Shown piece after piece: positions 59,101-64,000 of a stretch of 64,000 nt of DNA. The translations under genes were made by a program, and so were the position numbers. The stretch's first letter is position 1; every line of letters begins with the position of its first letter. This DNA is from Tubulanus polymorphus (Eukaryota; Animalia; Nemertea), in assembly GCF_964204645.1 (NCBI RefSeq), contig NC_134028.1:11889263-11953262 (forward strand), in the 5' to 3' direction. The notes under the pieces were generated by a model, which was not told where the DNA came from, did no database searches, and saw only the letters and a list, made by a program, of their open reading frames with translations.

Positions 59101-61774
59101 TAAATATTCTCTTGATAATAAATCTTTTTCTTTTTGGAGTTTTTAATGCTCGACTCGGACCGGAGTTCGTATAAATAAATCTATGCTTGTAGGTTCCGAT
59201 CGAGCGACGTCGTGGACGGCGGTCAGTCACGCGTGATCGTGACGTCACGCCGTACCACGTGATTTTCAACCTATTGGAGCGTAGCGGGGACAAAGGCGGG
59301 TAGCCAATCAGGACAACGCGGGGACAACGAGCCCTATATAAGGCGGGCAGCGCGCTAGTTTGGGATTCTGACCTGAGCGTCGACCACTCGCATGGTTCAA
59401 TTTAGCTCTCTCTAACCAACGAATACTATATTCCAAGTTACAATGTAAGCAAGTTGTAGGCCTACCTCCCGCGTCCCGACGGGGACCGGGTTTCCTTTCC
59501 TCGGGGGGATGTGATTGAATTACGTTGCTTTTATTATTGGTATTTGTTATTGTTTCCGTGCCGCGAGGTCCTGATTGTCCCCGGCCCGCCATGTTATTCT
59601 AAACTTCTGTAGTATTCGCCAATCATCACTGCGATACTATTAGGTTGTCTCCAACGACAGCCCTTGTTTAAAGCTCTACCGAAGGTAATTCCCGTCCCGG
59701 GTGGGTGGATTTTGGCGATGGTGACTGGTTTGGGTAGGTTATTTTGGTCTCAGTCCGTTGATGGTCCAGATAGCTAGGCTATTGAAGACGACGAGGGTTA
59801 TTGGTGCGGATGGTTCAGCCGCCTACGGGATTTGCCGGGTCCGGAGAGGACGTCTGATGTCGATGGTTTGACCACCTACGGGAATGGTATATTGGTCCAC
59901 GGAAAAGCGAAGAGAACGAAGAATGGGGTCTGCCGGTCAGCCGTTAGACGAGAATCTGCAGAGACTGAGTTCCAGTCGGGTGCTGGCACTGTCGCCGATT
60001 TCTTCCCTCCCCTCCTTAAGCATTAATCGCCTTAATCATGGGGCATTACCCGTCCTATTCCACGAGAAGTATTATCGATCGACGATCGATCCCTCTAGTA
60101 TTAAAATACGGACATTAGGTATTATTCTAACGAGTTTCCACATCATTGTGATGCTGGGACTGGGGCACAGCGAGGACTATTCCTCTCTGTCTCCCAGTCG
60201 CTCGAAATACCTCACGCTTGAGTTCTAATTCGAGTTAGATGATAATCAGGCAGCTAAGCCGTTTGACTTTAGTAATGCGCCGGCGGGACCTAACCGTTTC
60301 GGCTATATCCGCCTCGCGTTTCAACCACTTATGCAATGCAATCGTTGTAGGGTCGAATTTTATTCGGGGTCGCCTAGGCCTCGTTGCATTTATTTCCGCA
60401 GGCGATTCGCGTGCGGTCCTTAGTTTATTTTTTTAAAACTGAGTTGAGAGAGAAGGGTGAGGGAATATCATTTTTGACGGTATTTTATTTCGTTGGGTCA
60501 CTTGACCCCCCTTGAGTTTCGGAATTTGTCGGGTGACGATCAACCATGCTGCCAGTGGTAGTCCAGGTCGAAACCAAGTCTCCCCTTGATGTCTTACTGC
60601 CTAAGAGGACCAGAGATGAGTGTCCCGAAGAAAGAAGGGCGGACCAGGGAACTGATCAGTCCCTGCGTCGGACCACCAGTGAAGGCGAATTCCAACCAAG
60701 ATGAAGAATCCCTGTAGTGGTAGTTCAAGAGGAGGCATTATCGAGTCGGTCTTTGGCCGGGTTCAGATATTGGGATCTGCTCATCGTCACCGACATTTCC
60801 GCTTCGGACTCAAGCCTTTTAATTATTTGACTCTCATAGTTCAACCCCCCCCCCCCTTTTCTTTCTCTCTCTCATTTTTGGGTGTGAGCCTAATCGCGCC
60901 TTCGTACAATATTATATCCGTGGAACATGATTAGTTCTACGAGCCGTCGTTATGCCTAAGGACCAGTTTATAAATGTTATAAACGTCCCTTGTTCCTGGG
61001 GATTTTCGAGAGAACACATATTTTATTACGAGTATTGGGAGATTGCTTTGATCTTGAGTGGACGAGCAACACCCCGTTCTTTTAATCCGTTGTTGAGCTG
61101 AATAAACATGGCAATCGTTAATTTTTCACGAATAACGGTCTTATGTCTTATTTTGAGTGGATATCTGAGTCTGAGTCAGTTCGACCTGTTTCGGGAACAA
61201 CCTTGGAATGAGGACGCGCTACCATGGAAACGAAAGGATTCCGAGTTGTTGATGATCGCCTTCAAGTTAAGGACGATTGGACCCGAAGACCCACCTAGAA
61301 TCGATAGGAGGCACGACGTGTAGAGGGGATCCCCGACGAAGTTATTTGGCCCGGCCCGTGCGTTAGGGAGGCCAAGCTGTAGACCAGTACTGAGCGGCGG
61401 TATATTGTCTGGCGCAGCCGTTGTGAGAAAATCTGGCCCGGAGAGCCAGTCGGTTACTGTGCCTGGCCTATTCGGTTACAATAGTCCGAGTGAACTCAGT
61501 CCGTAAAGTTGTTCCGGGATCAAGTTCGAGTCAAATTTCTGTGCGCATATCGTTATGAAGTTACTGTCTACATATTGACACTCTACATTGACTATTGGAG
61601 ATCTCGACAACATTCGTTATCGGGATATGGTTGAGAAGAGACTAGTGTGTGGAGTTGTAGTGTGAAAGCTTGCTAGCATTGTGTCATCCTTAAGTGTCCT
61701 GCATGAACATTTATAGTCAAAAACATTTATTTTGCTTGTGTGCGTCTCTGAGTTAGAGAAACACTTATCAAATT

Positions 61775-62074
61775 TTGCTGCTTTGTATTTTATTTCATTT
61801 GTCATTAGGTTTTCTTTGTAAACTGATTAGTGGGGCCACCTGGTTTCGTGGTAGTTATCGTCGCGGTTACAGTAACTATCGCGGAAATTTCCGTGGTCGT
61901 GGTAATGGTCGTGGACAGAATCAGTCGTCTTTGGAAAGTAAACATTGTTTTAACTGCGGTGAGTCCGGACATTTCTGGAGGAATTGTTCGAAGCCATGGA
62001 AGGGAAACGGGGAAGACCCGGCATCGAGCGACGGATGCCGGCCGTCCGACAAACGTGAAGTCGCGAAACTGTAG
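61775..62074 (+). pseudogene. Gag C-terminal remnant with CCHC zinc knuckle
   Basis: RG-rich stretch followed by CFNCGESGHFWRNC. Confidence 0.8.
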
Positions 62075-62094
62075 GTAGTAAGAATAAGGATGAT

Positions 62095-62451
62095 TTGTTG
62101 AGTCGACTCGTCGGTGGTCCAAACGAAGTAGATGCAATCGTAGACGGTGTGTCCTGTTCCATTTTATTAGACACAGGTTCGATGGTTTCGACTGTTAGTT
62201 TCGGTTTTGTTGAAAAATGTGGGAAAGCCGATGAGATCACTCCTCTTGACGATGTTTTGGAGTTTAAAACTGCTGCCGGAGATGTGTTGCCTTATCTGGG
62301 TTGTGTGCAGATGGAATTAAAGTTGGATGAAGAGGTTGTTCCAATGTTTTCTTTCGTTGTCGCTGATACTGAGTATCACCGGAAGATACCAGTTCTAGTT
62401 GGTATGAACGTGCTCTCTCAGATGGGAAATGACACAGGATGCTGCAGTTAG
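62095..62451 (+). pseudogene. Retroviral-type aspartic protease remnant
   Basis: LLDTGS active site and VLVGMNVL C-terminal motif. Confidence 0.85.
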
Positions 62452-64000
62452 GAAGGTCAAGGCGTTACTGCAGCGCCGGAAGTCCGATAAGAGACCGCAG
62501 GCAGGGGCGTAGTCACCGGCGTAGTCACATTATGCTAAAAGGTCATCAAGTTGTTGAAGTTGTCAGTGGTGCAAAAGTATTTCATTCGGAGGCGTTTCCG
62601 CCCAGTGACTCCAGTGAGTTTTGTTAATGCGGTAACAGTGTCACATCTGAACCATGCACCTGATCTCACAGTATCAAAGTAACAGAATTCAGTAAACTTT
62701 TTTCATATTACTTTAGAGCGACTTCTGGTTATATTTCACTGATTCTGTAGCTGTCTTATACATTAAAAATTGACCAAAATAAAGGATTTGACCAAGAAAA
62801 TTCTGCTGAAATGCCGAGAGATGAAAACCGAGAAAATCGAAAGAGTATTGATTGTACAATAAGCTAACATCAGTTCTGCTATTTCTTTCAATAAGTCAGT
62901 GGCCAATTTTTGTAGTTTCATTGTCAATTACTGATGCGAATCATTGGATCTGGGGTAAGATTTTCTTTCCTTCGTAAGGGAGGAGAGTTCAGTTGTATTG
63001 ATTTTGATTAATTTGTTTGAGTAAGAATCTTGTTTAAAGTTCAATGATTGTGGCTCTTGACATTTAAAGGTTTTAGCTCATGTGCTTATATTCCGTACGT
63101 GTAGGTTTAGCTAGATTAAGCTGATCTGATATCGGGGCGATATTTTTTAACTAGGGGGAGAATGTGGTAGGCAAGTATTTGGCACATTATTCGACTCCCG
63201 GTTTTTGTATTTAATTGCTTGCCATACAGTGCTGCAACCAGGCCACTTAGTACTACTTTTGGCGGTTAATTTTGTTGTATATTAAGCCGCCATAGCTATC
63301 GGTAGTAAATAAATGGTGTGTTGATATTCTGATAAATATCTCTTATGATTCATTTATTTCTCTAGGTAAGCGTATTGCTATTATTTACATTATTAACTTA
63401 ACGTTATTATCAACATGCAGCTCGGTTAGAACGCGTAGGATGGTGTATAAAGGTATAAATCATAGTTATTCTTTGAAGATCAATATGGCTGACCTATATT
63501 AGTCTGTGTGTGCTACATTTGTAGGTAGAGTGAAACTATTAAGAGAATGGTGCTTTATAAGTCTAGTAAACAATTATAAACGGTGAATTTTGGTTGTATA
63601 TTAAGCCGCCATAGCTATCGGTAGTAAATAAATGGTGTGTTGATATTCTGATAAATATCTCTTATGATTCATTTATTTCTCTAGGATTGAACCGAGGTCT
63701 AAGGTGTGAGGTTGTCCTTCTTGCAGGTGTGGCGCTGGGAAGTGTGTCAAAGAATCTGTGAATAGCAGCTCTTCTGGTCCCCACACGTCAGAAACTCGAA
63801 CGATCGATTAACAGCATCCGTTATGAACCGATTTAAAGATCAATAAGGTCGACTGAGTTTAAAGGCATCGTTCCTGGCTGTTATAGTCATATATCCTATA
63901 TCCTGGTAATTATTTGTCATTGAGAGAGTAAGCTGATGGTACATCTTCAAAATTAATTGAAACTCCCTAGTTTCCTAAAGTAACTGGAAATGTTCTTTCG

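Larger units (their letters stand above)
57937..63885 (+). mobile_element. Internally deleted Ty3/Gypsy LTR retrotransposon
   Basis: LTRs at 57937-58344 and 63163-63885 (TG...TA); 4-bp TSD GTCA; PBS-like TGGCGTCCGCGACAGGA at 58346; PPT AACTAGGGGGAGAA before the 3' LTR; gag and protease remnants; no RT or integrase seen. Confidence 0.88.

Overview
AT-rich eukaryotic (animal) genomic window. The host is probably a lophotrochozoan, judging from an 18S fragment. The window is dominated by a nested cluster of Polinton/Maverick-type endogenous viruses. One near-intact 16.5-kb copy (7864-24320) has AGTAAT-ended TIRs, a 6-bp TSD (AACGCT) and 15 genes: protein-primed PolB, RVE-chromodomain integrase, A32-like packaging ATPase, putative major and minor capsid proteins, a zinc-finger protein and a block of membrane proteins. 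It has no recognisable adenain protease. At least three degraded, rearranged relatives follow (about 24.7-56.2 kb). Most striking points: (1) the pPolB carries a 355-aa LAGLIDADG intein in the YFD/TDS motif, and an intein-free paralogue lies about 10 kb away; (2) 14 of 15 genes start at TAAATG, most with an upstream T-run, which is the architecture of poxvirus late promoters and suggests a hyperparasite that uses a cytoplasmic large DNA virus's transcription machinery; (3) a second sub-family has about 140-190-bp fold-back hairpin termini, one of which has captured 98 bp of 18S rRNA; (4) NCLDV/phage-type HNH endonuclease cassettes are present, one interrupted by a Penelope-like insert with a hammerhead ribozyme. 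The window also holds a (TACA)n microsatellite, a MULE-like non-autonomous transposon, Helentron-like inserts and an internally deleted Ty3/Gypsy LTR element. No host protein-coding gene was recognised. All calls come from reading the sequence; no database searches were run.
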